Source: Eledone cirrhosa (Eukaryota). From it: a DNA stretch of 64,000 bases. Position numbers and translations under genes: made by a program. The stretch's first letter is position 1; each line of letters opens with the position of its first letter. Shown one piece after another: positions 50,930 to 63,900 of the stretch. The stretch spans positions 354,516,001-354,580,000 of the forward strand of contig OZ024743.1 in assembly GCA_964016885.1 (NCBI GenBank), given 5' to 3'. The notes under the pieces are model-generated. The model was not told where the DNA came from. It saw only the letters and a program-made list of their open reading frames with translations, and did not search any database.

Positions 50930-53900
50930 CATGCTGGTTGTTGTTGGTGGTAGAGATTGAGGTTTTTATGATTCTGGTAATGGTGATGCTGATGATTGTC
51001 CTCATGCTGGTTGTTGTTGGTGGTAGAGATTGAGGTTTTTGTGATGCTGGTAATGGTGATGCTGATGATTGTCCTCATGCTGGTTGTTGTCGGTGGTAGA
51101 GATTGAGGTTTTTGTGATTCTGGTAATGGTGATGCTGATGATTGTCCTCATGCTGGTTGTTGTTGGTGGTAGAGATTGAGGTTTTTGTGATTCTGGTAAT
51201 GGTGAGGCTGATGAATGTCCTCATGCTGGTTGTTGTTGGTGGTAGAGATTGAGGTTTTTGTGATCCTGGTAATGGTGATGCTGATGATTGTCCTCATGCT
51301 GGTTGTTGTTGGTGGTAGAGATTGAGGCTTTTGTGATTCTGGTAATGGTGATGCTGATGATTGTCCTCATGCTGGTTGTTGTCGGTGGTAGAGATTGAGG
51401 TTTTTGTGATTCCGGTAATGGTGATGCTGATGATTGTCCTCATGCTGGTTGTTGTTGGTGGTAGAGATTGAGGTTTTTGTGATCCTGGTAATGGTGATGC
51501 TGATGATTGTCCTCATGCTGGTTGTTGTTGGTGGTAGAGATTGAGGTTTTTGTGATTCTGGTAATGGTGATGCTGATGATTGTCCTCATGCTGGTTGTTG
51601 TTGGTGGTAGAGATTGAGGTTTTTGTGATCCTGGTAATGGTGATGCTGATGATTGTCCTCATGCTGGTTGTTGTTGGTGGTAGAGATTGAGGTTTTTGTG
51701 ATTCTGGTAATGGTGATGCTGATGATTGTCCTCATGCTGGTTGTTGTTGGTGGTAGAGATTGAGGTTTTTGTGATTCTGGTAATGGTGATGCTGACGATT
51801 GTCCTCATGCTGGTTGTTGTTGGTGGTAGAGATTGAGGTTTTTGTGATCCTGGTAATGGTGATGCTGATGATTGTCCTCATGCTGGTTGTTGTTGGTGGT
51901 AGAGATTGAGGTTTTTGTGATCCTGGTAATGGTGATGCTGATGATTGTCCTCATGCTGGTTGTTGTCGGTGGTAGAGATTGAGGTTTTTGTGATTCTGGT
52001 AATGGTGATGCTGATGATTGTCCTCATGCTGGTTGTTGTTGGTGGTAGAGATTGAGGTTTTTGTGATTCTGGTAATGGTGATGCTGACGATTGTCCTCAT
52101 GCTGGTTGTTGTTGGTGGTAGAGATTGAGGTTTTTGTGATTCTGGTAATGGTGATGCTGATGATTGTCCTCATGCTGGTTGTTGTTGGTGATAGAGATTG
52201 AGGTTTTTGTGATCCTGGTAATGGTGATGCTGATGGTTGTCCTCGTGCTGGTTGTTGTTGGTGGTAGAGAATGAGGTTTTTGTGATTCCGGTAATGGTGA
52301 TGCTGATGATTGTCTTCATGCTGGTTGTTGTTGGTGGTAGAGATTGAGGTTTTTGTGATTCTGGTAATGGTGATGATGATGGTTGTCCTCGTGCTGGTTG
52401 TTGTTGGTGGTAGAGAATGAGGTTTTTGTGATTCCGGTAATGGTGATGCTGATGATTGTCTTCATGCTGGTTGTTGTTGGTGGTAGAGATTGAAGTTTTT
52501 GTGATTCTGGTAATGGTGATGCTGATGATTGTCTTCATGCTGGTTGTTGTTGGTGGTAGAGATTGAGGTTTTTGTGATTCTGGTAATGGTGATGCTGACG
52601 ATTGTTCTCATGCTGGTTGTTGTTGGTGGTAGAGATTGAGGTTTTTGTGATTCTGGTAATGGTGATGCTGACGATTGTCCTCATGCTGGTTGTTGTTGGT
52701 GGTAGAGATTGAGGTTTTTGTGATTCTGGTAATGGTGATGCTGATGATTGTCCTCATGCTGGTTGTTGTTGGTGGTAGAGATTGAGGTTTTTGTGATCCT
52801 GATAATGGTGATGCTGATGGTTGTCCTCATGCTGGTTGTTGTTGGTGGTAGAGATTGAGGTTTTTGTGATTCTGGTAATGGTGATGCTGATGATTGTCCT
52901 CATGCTGGTTGTTGTTGGTGGTAGAGATTGAGCTTTTTGTGATTCTGGTAATGGTGATGCTGATGATTGTCTTCATGCTGGTTGTTGTTGGTGGTAGAGA
53001 TTGAGGTTTTTGAGATTCTGGTAATGGTGATGCTGATGATTGTCCTCATACTGGTTGTTGTTGGTGGTAGAGATTGAGGTTTTTGTGATTCTGGTAATGG
53101 TGATGCTGATGATTGTCCTCATGCTGGTTGTTGTTGGTGGTAGAGATTGAGGTTTTTGTGATTCTGGTAATGGTGATGCTGATGATTGTCCTCATGCTGG
53201 TTGTTGTTGGTGGTAGAGATTGAGGTTTTTGTGATCCTGGTAATGGTGATGCTGATGATTGTCCTCATGCTGGTTGTTGTTGGTGGTAGAGATTGAGGTT
53301 TTTATGATTCTGGTAATGGTGATGCTGATGATTGTCCTCATGCTGGTTGTTGTTGGTGGTAGAGATTGAGGTTTTTGTGATCCTGGTAATGGTGATGCTG
53401 ATGATTGTCCTCATGCTGGTTGTTGTCGGTGGTAGAGATTGAGGTTTTTGTGATTCTGGTAATGGTGATGCTGATGATTGTCCTCATGCTGGTTGTTGTT
53501 GGTGGTAGAGATTGAGGTTTTTGTGATTCTGGTAATGGTGAGGCTGATGATTGTCCTCATGCTGGTTGTTGTTGGTGGTAGAGATTGAGGTTTTTGTGAT
53601 CCTGGTAATGGTGATGCTGATGATTGTCCTCATGCTGGTTGTTGTTGGTGGTAGAGATTGAGGCTTTTGTGATTCTGGTAATGGTGATGCTGATGATTGT
53701 CCTCATGCTGGTTGTTGTCGGTGGTAGAGATTGAGGTTTTTGTGATTCCGGTAATGGTGATGCTGATGATTGTCCTCATGCTGGTTGTTGTTGGTGGTAG
53801 AGATTGAGGTTTTTGTGATCCTGGTAATGGTGATGCTGATGATTGTCCTCATGCTGGTTGTTGTTGGTGGTAGAGATTGAGGTTTTTGTGATTCTGGTAA

Positions 53901-54900
53901 TGGTGATGCTGATGATTGTCCTCATGCTGGTTGTTGTTGGTGGTAGAGATTGAGGTTTTTGTGATCCTGGTAATGGTGATGCTGATGATTGTCCTCATGC
54001 TGGTTGTTGTTGGTGGTAGAGATTGAGGTTTTTGTGATTCTGGTAATGGTGATGCTGATGATTGTCCTCATGCTGGTTGTTGTTGGTGGTAGAGATTGAG
54101 GTTTTTATGATTCTGGTAATGGTGATGCTGACGATTGTCCTCATGCTGGTTGTTGTTGGTGGTAGAGATTGAGGTTTTTGTGATCCTGGTAATGGTGATG
54201 CTGATGATTGTCCTCATGCTGGTTGTTGTTGGTGGTAGAGATTGAGGTTTTTGTGATCCTGGTAATGGTGATGCTGATGATTGTCCTCATGCTGGTTGTT
54301 GTCGGTGGTAGAGATTGAGGTTTTTGTGATTCTGGTAATGGTGATGCTGATGATTGTCCTCATGCTGGTTGTTGTTGGTGGTAGAGATTGAGCTTTTTGT
54401 GATTCTGGTAATGGTGATGCTGACGATTGTCCTCATGCTGGTTGTTGTTGGTGGTAGAGATTGAGGTTTTTGTGATTCTGGTAATGGTGATGCTGATGAT
54501 TGTCCTCATGCTGGTTGTTGTTGGTGATAGAGATTGAGGTTTTTGTGATCCTGGTAATGGTGATGCTGATGGTTGTCCTCGTGCTGGTTGTTGGTGGTGG
54601 TAGAGAATGAGGTTTTTGTGATTCCGGTAATGGTGATGCTGATGATTGTCTTCATGCTGGTTGTTGTTGGTGGTAGAGATTGAGGTTTTTGTGATTCTGG
54701 TAATGGTGATGCTGATGATTGTCCTCGTGCTGGTTGTTGTTGGTGGTAGAGAATGAGGTTTTTGTGATTCCGGTAATGGTGATGCTGATGATTGTCTTCA
54801 TGCTGGTTGTTGTTGGTGGTAGAGATTGAAGTTTTTGTGATTCTGGTAATGGTGATGCTGATGATTGTCTTCATGCTGGTTGTTGTTGGTGGTAGAGATT
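50930..54900 (+). repeat. Older 32-monomer (2,336 bp) duplication nested in the D block
   Basis: TTTTATGATT at about 50968/53304, plus GTGAGGCTG and GAGGCTTTT, and ORFs 52170/54506, are offset by 2336 = 32x73. Several substitutions separate the copies. Confidence 0.85.
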
Positions 54901-57900
54901 GAGATTTTTGTGATACTGGTAATGGTGATGCTGATGATTGTCTTCATGATGGTTGTTGTTGGTGGTAGAGATTGAGGTTTTTGTGATTCTGGTAATGGTG
55001 ATGCTGATGATTGTCTTCATGCTGGTTGTTGTTGGTGGTAGAGATTGAGGTTTTTGTGATACTGGTAATGGTGATGCTGATGATTGTACTCATGCTGGTT
55101 GTTGGTGGTAGAGATTGAGGTTTTTGTGATCCTGGTAATGGTGATGCTGATGATTGTCCTCATGCTGGTTGTTGGTCGTAGAGATTGAGGTTATTGTGAT
55201 CCTGGTAATGGTGATTCTGTTGGTTGTCCTCGTGCTGGTTGTTGTTGGTGCTAGAGATTGAGGTTTTTGTGATTCTGGTAATGGTGATGTTGATGATTGT
55301 CCTCATGCTGGTTGTTGGTGGTGGTAGAGATTGAGGTATTTGTGATTCTGGTAATGGTGATGCTGATGATTGTCCTCATGCTGGTTGTTGTTGGTGGTAG
55401 AGATTGAGGTATTTGTGATTCTGGTAATGGTGATGCCGATGATTGTCCTCATGCTGGTTGTTGTTGGTGGTAGAGATTGAGGTTTTTGTGATTCTGGTAA
55501 TGGTGATGCTGATGATTGTCCTCATGCTGGTTGTTGTTGGTGGTAGAGATTGAGGTTTTTGTGATACTAATAATGGTGATGCTGATGATTGTCCTCGTGC
55601 TGGTTGTTGTTGGTGGTAGAGATTGAGGTTTTTGTGATTCTGGTAATGGTGATGTTGATGATTGTCCTCATGCTGGTTGTTGGTGGTGGTAGAGATTGAG
55701 GTTTTTGTGATTCTGGTAATGGTGATGTTGATGATTGTCCTCATGCTGGTTGTTGGTGGTGGTAGAGATTGAGGTATTTGTGATTCTGGTAATGGTGATG
55801 CTGATGATTGTCCTCATGCTGGTTGTTGTTGGTGGTAGAGATTGAGGTTTTTGTGATTCTGGTAATGGTGATGTTGATGATTGTCCTCATGCTGGTTGTT
55901 GGTGGTGGTAGAGATTGAGGTTTTTGTGATTCTGGTAATGGTGATGTTGATGATTGTCCTCATGCTGGTTATTGGTGGTGGTAGAGATTGAGGTATTTGT
56001 GATTCTGGTAATGGTGATGCTGATGATTGTCCTCATGCTGGTTGTTGGTGGTGGTAGAGATTGAGGTATTTGTGATTCTGGTAATGGTGATGCTGATGAT
56101 TGTCCTCATGCTGGTTGTTGTTGGTGGTAGAGATTGAGGTTTTTGTGATTCTGGTAATGGTGATGCTGATGATTGTCCTCATGCTGGTTGTTGGTGGTGG
56201 TAGAGATTGAGGTTTTTGTGATCCTGGTAATGGTGATGCTGATGATTGTCCTCATGCTGGTTGTTGTTGGTGGTAGGGATTGAGGTATTTGTGATTCTGG
56301 TAATGGTGATGCTGATGATTGTCCTCATGCTGGTTGTTGTTGGTGGTAGAGATTGAGGTTTTTGTGATTCTGGTAATGGTGATGCTGATGATTGTCTTCA
56401 TGCTGGTTGTTGTTGGTGGTAGAGATTGAGGTATTTGTGATTCTGGTAATGGTGATGCTGATGATTGTCCTCATGCTGGTTGTTGGTGGTGGTAGAGATT
56501 GAGGTTTTTGTGATCCTGGTAATGGTGTTGCTGATGATTGTCCTCATGCTGGTTGTTGTTGGTGGTAGGGATTGAGGTTTTTGTGATCCTGGTAATGGTG
56601 ATGCTGATGATTGTCCTCATGCTGGTTGTTGGTGGTGGTAGAGATTGAGGTTTTTGTGATCCTGGTAATGGTGATGCTGATGATTGTCCTCATGCTGGTT
56701 GTTGTTGGTGGTAGGGATTGAGGTTTTTGTGATCCTGGTAATGGTGATGCTGATGATTGTCCTCATACTGGTTGTTGGTGGTGGTAGAGATTGAGGTTTT
56801 TGTGATTCTGGTAGTGGTGATGCTGATGATTGTCCTCATGCTGGTTGTTGGTGGTGGTAGAGATTGAGGTATTTGTGATTCTGGTAATGGTGATGCTGAT
56901 GATTGTCCTCATGCTGGTTGTTGTTGGTGGTAGGGATTGAGGTTTTTGTGATCCTGGTAATGGTGATGCTGATGATTGTCCTCATGCTGGTTGTTGGTGG
57001 TGGTAGAGATTGAGGTTTTTGTGATTCTGGTAGTGGTGATGCTGATGATTGTCCTCATGCTGGTTGTTGGTGGTGGTAGAGATTGAGGTATTTGTGATTC
57101 TGGTAATGGTGATGCTGATGATTGTCCTCATGCTGGTTGTTGTTGGTGGTAGGGATTGAGGTTTTGTGATCCTGGTAATGGTGATGCTGATGATTGTCCT
57201 CATGCTGGTTGTTGTTGGTGGTAGAGATTGAGGTTTTTGTGATCCTGGTAATGGTGATGCTAATGATTGTCCTCATGCGGGTTGTTGGTGGTGGTAGAGA
57301 TTGAGGTGTTTGTGATTCTGGTAATGGTGATGCTGATGATTGTCCTCATGCTGGTTGTTGTTGGTGGTAGAGATTGAGGTTTTTGTGATCCTGATAATGG
57401 TGATGCTGATGGTTGTCCTCATGCTGGTTGTTGTTGGTGGTAGAGATTGAGCTTTTTGTGATTCTGGTAATGGTGATGCTGATGATTGTCTTCATGCTGG
57501 TTGTTGTTGGTGGTAGAGATTGAGGTTTTTGTGATTCTGGTAATGGTGATGCTGATGATTGTCCTCATACTGGTTGTTGTTGGTGGTAGAGATTGAGGTT
57601 TTTGTGATTCTGGTAATGGTGATGCTGATGATTGTCCTCATGCTGGTTGTTGTTGGTGGTAGAGATTGAGGTTTTTGTGATTCTGGTAATGGTGATGCTG
57701 ATGATTGTCCTCATGCTGGTTGTTGTTGGTGGTAGAGATTGAGGTTTTTGTGATCCTGGTAATGGTGATGCTGATGATTGTCCTCATGCTGGTTGTTGTT
57801 GGTGGTAGAGATTGAGGTTTTTATGATTCTGGTAATGGTGATGCTGATGATTGTCCTCATGCTGGTTGTTGTTGGTGGTAGAGATTGAGGTTTTTGTGAT

Positions 57901-60900
57901 GCTGGTAATGGTGATGCTGATGATTGTCCTCATGCTGGTTGTTGTCGGTGGTAGAGATTGAGGTTTTTGTGATTCTGGTAATGGTGATGCTGATGATTGT
58001 CCTCATGCTGGTTGTTGTTGGTGGTAGAGATTGAGGTTTTTGTGATTCTGGTAATGGTGAGGCTGATGAATGTCCTCATGCTGGTTGTTGTTGGTGGTAG
58101 AGATTGAGGTTTTTGTGATCCTGGTAATGGTGATGCTGATGGTTGTCCTCGTGCTGGTTGTTGTTGGTGGTAGAGAATGAGGTTTTTGTGATTCCGGTAA
58201 TGGTGATGCTGATGATTGTCTTCATGCTGGTTGTTGTTGGTGGTAGAGATTGAAGTTTTTGTGATTCTGGTAATGGTGATGCTGATGATTGTCTTCATGC
58301 TGGTTGTTGTTGGTGGTAGAGATTGAGGTTTTTGTGATTCTGGTAATGGTGATGCTGATGATTGTTCTCATGCTGGTTGTTGTTGGTGGTAGAGATTGAG
58401 GTTTTTGTGATTCTGGTAATGGTGATGCTGACGATTGTCCTCATGCTGGTTGTTGTTGGTGGTAGAGATTGAGGTTTTTGTGATTCTGGTAATGGTGATG
58501 CTGATGATTGTCCTCATGCTGGTTGTTGTTGGTGGTAGAGATTGAGGTTTTTGTGATCCTGATAATGGTGATGCTGATGGTTGTCCTCATGCTGGTTGTT
58601 GTTGGTGGTAGAGATTGAGGTTTTTGTGATTCTGGTAATGGTGATGCTGATGATTGTCCTCATGCTGGTTGTTGTTGGTGGTAGAGATTGAGCTTTTTGT
58701 GATTCTGGTAATGGTGATGCTGATGATTGTCTTCATGCTGGTTGTTGTTGGTGGTAGAGATTGAGGTTTTTGAGATTCTGGTAATGGTGATGCTGATGAT
58801 TGTCCTCATACTGGTTGTTGTTGGTGGTAGAGATTGAGGTTTTTGTGATTCTGGTAATGGTGATGCTGATGATTGTCCTCATGCTGGTTGTTGTTGGTGG
58901 TAGAGATTGAGGTTTTTGTGATTCTGGTAATGGTGATGCTGATGATTGTCCTCATGCTGGTTGTTGTTGGTGGTAGAGATTGAGGTTTTTGTGATCCTGG
59001 TAATGGTGATGCTGATGATTGTCCTCATGCTGGTTGTTGTTGGTGGTAGAGATTGAGGTTTTTATGATTCTGGTAATGGTGATGCTGATGATTGTCCTCA
59101 TGCTGGTTGTTGTTGGTGGTAGAGATTGAGGTTTTTGTGATCCTGGTAATGGTGATGCTGATGATTGTCCTCATGCTGGTTGTTGTCGGTGGTAGAGATT
59201 GAGGTTTTTGTGATTCTGGTAATGGTGATGCTGATGATTGTCCTCATGCTGGTTGTTGTTGGTGGTAGAGATTGAGGTTTTTGTGATTCTGGTAATGGTG
59301 AGGCTGATGATTGTCCTCATGCTGGTTGTTGTTGGTGGTAGAGATTGAGGTTTTTGTGATCCTGGTAATGGTGATGCTGATGATTGTCCTCATGCTGGTT
59401 GTTGTTGGTGGTAGAGATTGAGGCTTTTGTGATTCTGGTAATGGTGATGCTGATGATTGTCCTCATGCTGGTTGTTGTCGGTGGTAGAGATTGAGGTTTT
59501 TGTGATTCCGGTAATGGTGATGCTGATGATTGTCCTCATGCTGGTTGTTGTTGGTGGTAGAGATTGAGGTTTTTGTGATCCTGGTAATGGTGATGCTGAT
59601 GATTGTCCTCATGCTGGTTGTTGTTGGTGGTAGAGATTGAGGTTTTTGTGATTCTGGTAATGGTGATGCTGATGATTGTCCTCATGCTGGTTGTTGTTGG
59701 TGGTAGAGATTGAGGTTTTTGTGATCCTGGTAATGGTGATGCTGATGATTGTCCTCATGCTGGTTGTTGTTGGTGGTAGAGATTGAGGTTTTTGTGATTC
59801 TGGTAATGGTGATGCTGATGATTGTCCTCATGCTGGTTGTTGTTGGTGGTAGAGATTGAGGTTTTTATGATTCTGGTAATGGTGATGCTGACGATTGTCC
59901 TCATGCTGGTTGTTGTTGGTGGTAGAGATTGAGGTTTTTGTGATCCTGGTAATGGTGATGCTGATGATTGTCCTCATGCTGGTTGTTGTTGGTGGTAGAG
60001 ATTGAGGTTTTTGTGATCCTGGTAATGGTGATGCTGATGATTGTCCTCATGCTGGTTGTTGTCGGTGGTAGAGATTGAGGTTTTTGTGATTCTGGTAATG
60101 GTGATGCTGATGATTGTCCTCATGCTGGTTGTTGTTGGTGGTAGAGATTGAGCTTTTTGTGATTCTGGTAATGGTGATGCTGACGATTGTCCTCATGCTG
60201 GTTGTTGTTGGTGGTAGAGATTGAGGTTTTTGTGATTCTGGTAATGGTGATGCTGATGATTGTCCTCATGCTGGTTGTTGTTGGTGATAGAGATTGAGGT
60301 TTTTGTGATCCTGGTAATGGTGATGCTGATGGTTGTCCTCGTGCTGGTTGTTGGTGGTGGTAGAGAATGAGGTTTTTGTGATTCCGGTAATGGTGATGCT
60401 GATGATTGTCTTCATGCTGGTTGTTGTTGGTGGTAGAGATTGAGGTTTTTGTGATTCTGGTAATGGTGATGCTGATGATTGTCCTCGTGCTGGTTGTTGT
60501 TGGTGGTAGAGAATGAGGTTTTTGTGATTCCGGTAATGGTGATGCTGATGATTGTCTTCATGCTGGTTGTTGTTGGTGGTAGAGATTGAAGTTTTTGTGA
60601 TTCTGGTAATGGTGATGCTGATGATTGTCTTCATGCTGGTTGTTGTTGGTGGTAGAGATTGAGATTTTTGTGATACTGGTAATGGTGATGCTGATGATTG
60701 TCTTCATGATGGTTGTTGTTGGTGGTAGAGATTGAGGTTTTTGTGATTCTGGTAATGGTGATGCTGATGATTGTCTTCATGCTGGTTGTTGTTGGTGGTA
60801 GAGATTGAGGTTTTTGTGATACTGGTAATGGTGATGCTGATGATTGTACTCATGCTGGTTGTTGGTGGTAGAGATTGAGGTTTTTGTGATCCTGGTAATG

Positions 60901-63900
60901 GTGATGCTGATGATTGTCCTCATGCTGGTTGTTGGTCGTAGAGATTGAGGTTATTGTGATCCTGGTAATGGTGATTCTGTTGGTTGTCCTCGTGCTGGTT
61001 GTTGTTGGTGCTAGAGATTGAGGTTTTTGTGATTCTGGTAATGGTGATGTTGATGATTGTCCTCATGCTGGTTGTTGGTGGTGGTAGAGATTGAGGTATT
61101 TGTGATTCTGGTAATGGTGATGCTGATGATTGTCCTCATGCTGGTTGTTGTTGGTGGTAGAGATTGAGGTATTTGTGATTCTGGTAATGGTGATGCCGAT
61201 GATTGTCCTCATGCTGGTTGTTGTTGGTGGTAGAGATTGAGGTTTTTGTGATTCTGGTAATGGTGATGCTGATGATTGTCCTCATGCTGGTTGTTGTTGG
61301 TGGTAGAGATTGAGGTTTTTGTGATACTAATAATGGTGATGCTGATGATTGTCCTCGTGCTGGTTGTTGTTGGTGGTAGAGATTGAGGTTTTTGTGATTC
61401 TGGTAATGGTGATGTTGATGATTGTCCTCATGCTGGTTGTTGGTGGTGGTAGAGATTGAGGTTTTTGTGATTCTGGTAATGGTGATGTTGATGATTGTCC
61501 TCATGCTGGTTGTTGGTGGTGGTAGAGATTGAGGTATTTGTGATTCTGGTAATGGTGATGCTGATGATTGTCCTCATGCTGGTTGTTGTTGGTGGTAGAG
61601 ATTGAGGTTTTTGTGATTCTGGTAATGGTGATGTTGATGATTGTCCTCATGCTGGTTGTTGGTGGTGGTAGAGATTGAGGTTTTTGTGATTCTGGTAATG
61701 GTGATGTTGATGATTGTCCTCATGCTGGTTGTTGGTGGTGGTAGAGATTGAGGTATTTGTGATTCTGGTAATGGTGATGCTGATGATTGTCCTCATGCTG
61801 GTTGTTGGTGGTGGTAGAGATTGAGGTATTTGTGATTCTGGTAATGGTGATGCTGATGATTGTCCTCATGCTGGTTGTTGTTGGTGGTAGAGATTGAGGT
61901 TTTTGTGATTCTGGTAATGGTGATGCTGATGATTGTCCTCATGCTGGTTGTTGGTGGTGGTAGAGATTGAGGTTTTTGTGATCCTGGTAATGGTGATGCT
62001 GATGATTGTCCTCATGCTGGTTGTTGTTGGTGGTAGGGATTGAGGTATTTGTGATTCTGGTAATGGTGATGCTGATGATTGTCCTCATGCTGGTTGTTGT
62101 TGGTGGTAGAGATTGAGGTTTTTGTGATTCTGGTAATGGTGATGCTGATGATTGTCCTCATGCTGGTTGTTGTTGGTGGTAGAGATTGAGGTATTTGTGA
62201 TTCTGGTAATGGTGATGCTGATGATTGTCCTCATGCTGGTTGTTGGTGGTGGTAGAGATTGAGGTTTTTGTGATCCTGGTAATGGTGTTGCTGATGATTG
62301 TCCTCATGCTGGTTGTTGTTGGTGGTAGGGATTGAGGTTTTTGTGATCCTGGTAATGGTGATGCTGATGATTGTCCTCATGCTGGTTGTTGGTGGTGGTA
62401 GAGATTGAGGTTTTTGTGATCCTGGTAATGGTGATGCTGATGATTGTCCTCATGCTGGTTGTTGTTGGTGGTAGGGATTGAGGTTTTTGTGATCCTGGTA
62501 ATGGTGATGCTGATGATTGTCCTCATACTGGTTGTTGGTGGTGGTAGAGATTCAGGTTTTTGTGATTCTGGTAGTGGTGATGCTGATGATTGTCCTCATG
62601 CTGGTTGTTGGTGGTGGTAGAGATTGAGGTATTTGTGATTCTGGTAATGGTGATGCTGATGATTGTCCTCATGCTGGTTGTTGTTGGTGGTAGGGATTGA
62701 GGTTTTTGTGATCCTGGTAATGGTGATGCTGATGATTGTCCTCATGCTGGTTGTTGGTGGTGGTAGAGATTGAGGTTTTTGTGATTCTGGTAGTGGTGAT
62801 GCTGATGATTGTCCTCATGCTGGTTGTTGGTGGTGGTAGAGATTGAGGTATTTGTGATTCTGGTAATGGTGATGCTGATGATTGTCCTCATGCTGGTTGT
62901 TGTTGGTGGTAGGGATTGAGGTTTTGTGATCCTGGTAATGGTGATGCTGATGATTGTCCTCATGCTGGTTGTTGTTGGTGGTAGAGATTGAGGTTTTTGT
63001 GATCCTGGTAATGGTGATGCTAATGATTGTCCTCATGCTGGTTGTTGGTGGTGGTAGAGATTGAGGTGTTTGTGATTCTGGTAATGGTGATGCTGATGAT
63101 TGTCCTCATGCTGGTTGTTGTTGGTGGTAGAGATTGAGGTTTTTGTGATCCTGATAATGGTGATGCTGATGGTTGTCCTCATGCTGGTTGTTGTTGGTGG
63201 TAGAGATTGAGCTTTTTGTGATTCTGGTAATGGTGATGCTGATGATTGTCTTCATGCTGGTTGTTGTTGGTGGTAGAGATTGAGGTTTTTGTGATTCTGG
63301 TAATGGTGATGCTGATGATTGTCCTCATACTGGTTGTTGTTGGTGGTAGAGATTGAGGTTTTTGTGATTCTGGTAATGGTGATGCTGATGATTGTCCTCA
63401 TGCTGGTTGTTGTTGGTGGTAGAGATTGAGGTTTTTGTGATTCTGGTAATGGTGATGCTGATGATTGTCCTCATGCTGGTTGTTGTTGGTGGTAGAGATT
63501 GAGGTTTTTGTGATCCTGGTAATGGTGATGCTGATGATTGTCCTCATGCTGGTTGTTGTTGGTGGTAGAGATTGAGGTTTTTATGATTCTGGTAATGGTG
63601 ATGCTGATGATTGTCCTCATGCTGGTTGTTGTTGGTGGTAGAGATTGAGGTTTTTGTGATGCTGGTAATGGTGATGCTGATGATTGTCCTCATGCTGGTT
63701 GTTGTCGGTGGTAGAGATTGAGGTTTTTGTGATTCTGGTAATGGTGATGCTGATGATTGTCCTCATGCTGGTTGTTGTTGGTGGTAGAGATTGAGGTTTT
63801 TGTGATTCTGGTAATGGTGAGGCTGATGAATGTCCTCATGCTGGTTGTTGTTGGTGGTAGAGATTGAGGTTTTTGTGATCCTGGTAATGGTGATGCTGAT
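52381..63900 (+). repeat. Near-perfect tandem duplication of 5,760 bp (79 monomers)
   Basis: 52381-58140 matches 58141-63900 line for line (5760 = 96 lines of 60). By eye only about 5 substitutions (near 52599, 55971, 56397, 57279, 62553). Confidence 0.93.

Larger units (their letters stand above)
34700..50930 (+). repeat. Subfamily domain C of the satellite
   Basis: Dense GTTGTTGGTGGTGGTAG, GATGTTGATG, GAGGTATTT and (from about 40.7 kb) GTAGGGATT alleles. Almost no length variants between about 39.5 and 50.7 kb. Confidence 0.8.

Noticed and set aside
166-63036. Minus-strand 61-283-aa ORFs (MRTIISITIT.../HEDNHQHHHY.../GQSSASPLPE...) as protein-coding genes
   Set aside because: They are the three frames of the same 73-bp unit concatenated. 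Their lengths are set by chance stop-loss or indel alleles. There is no unique N- or C-terminal domain, and no promoter, RBS or splice context is visible. Not called as CDS.
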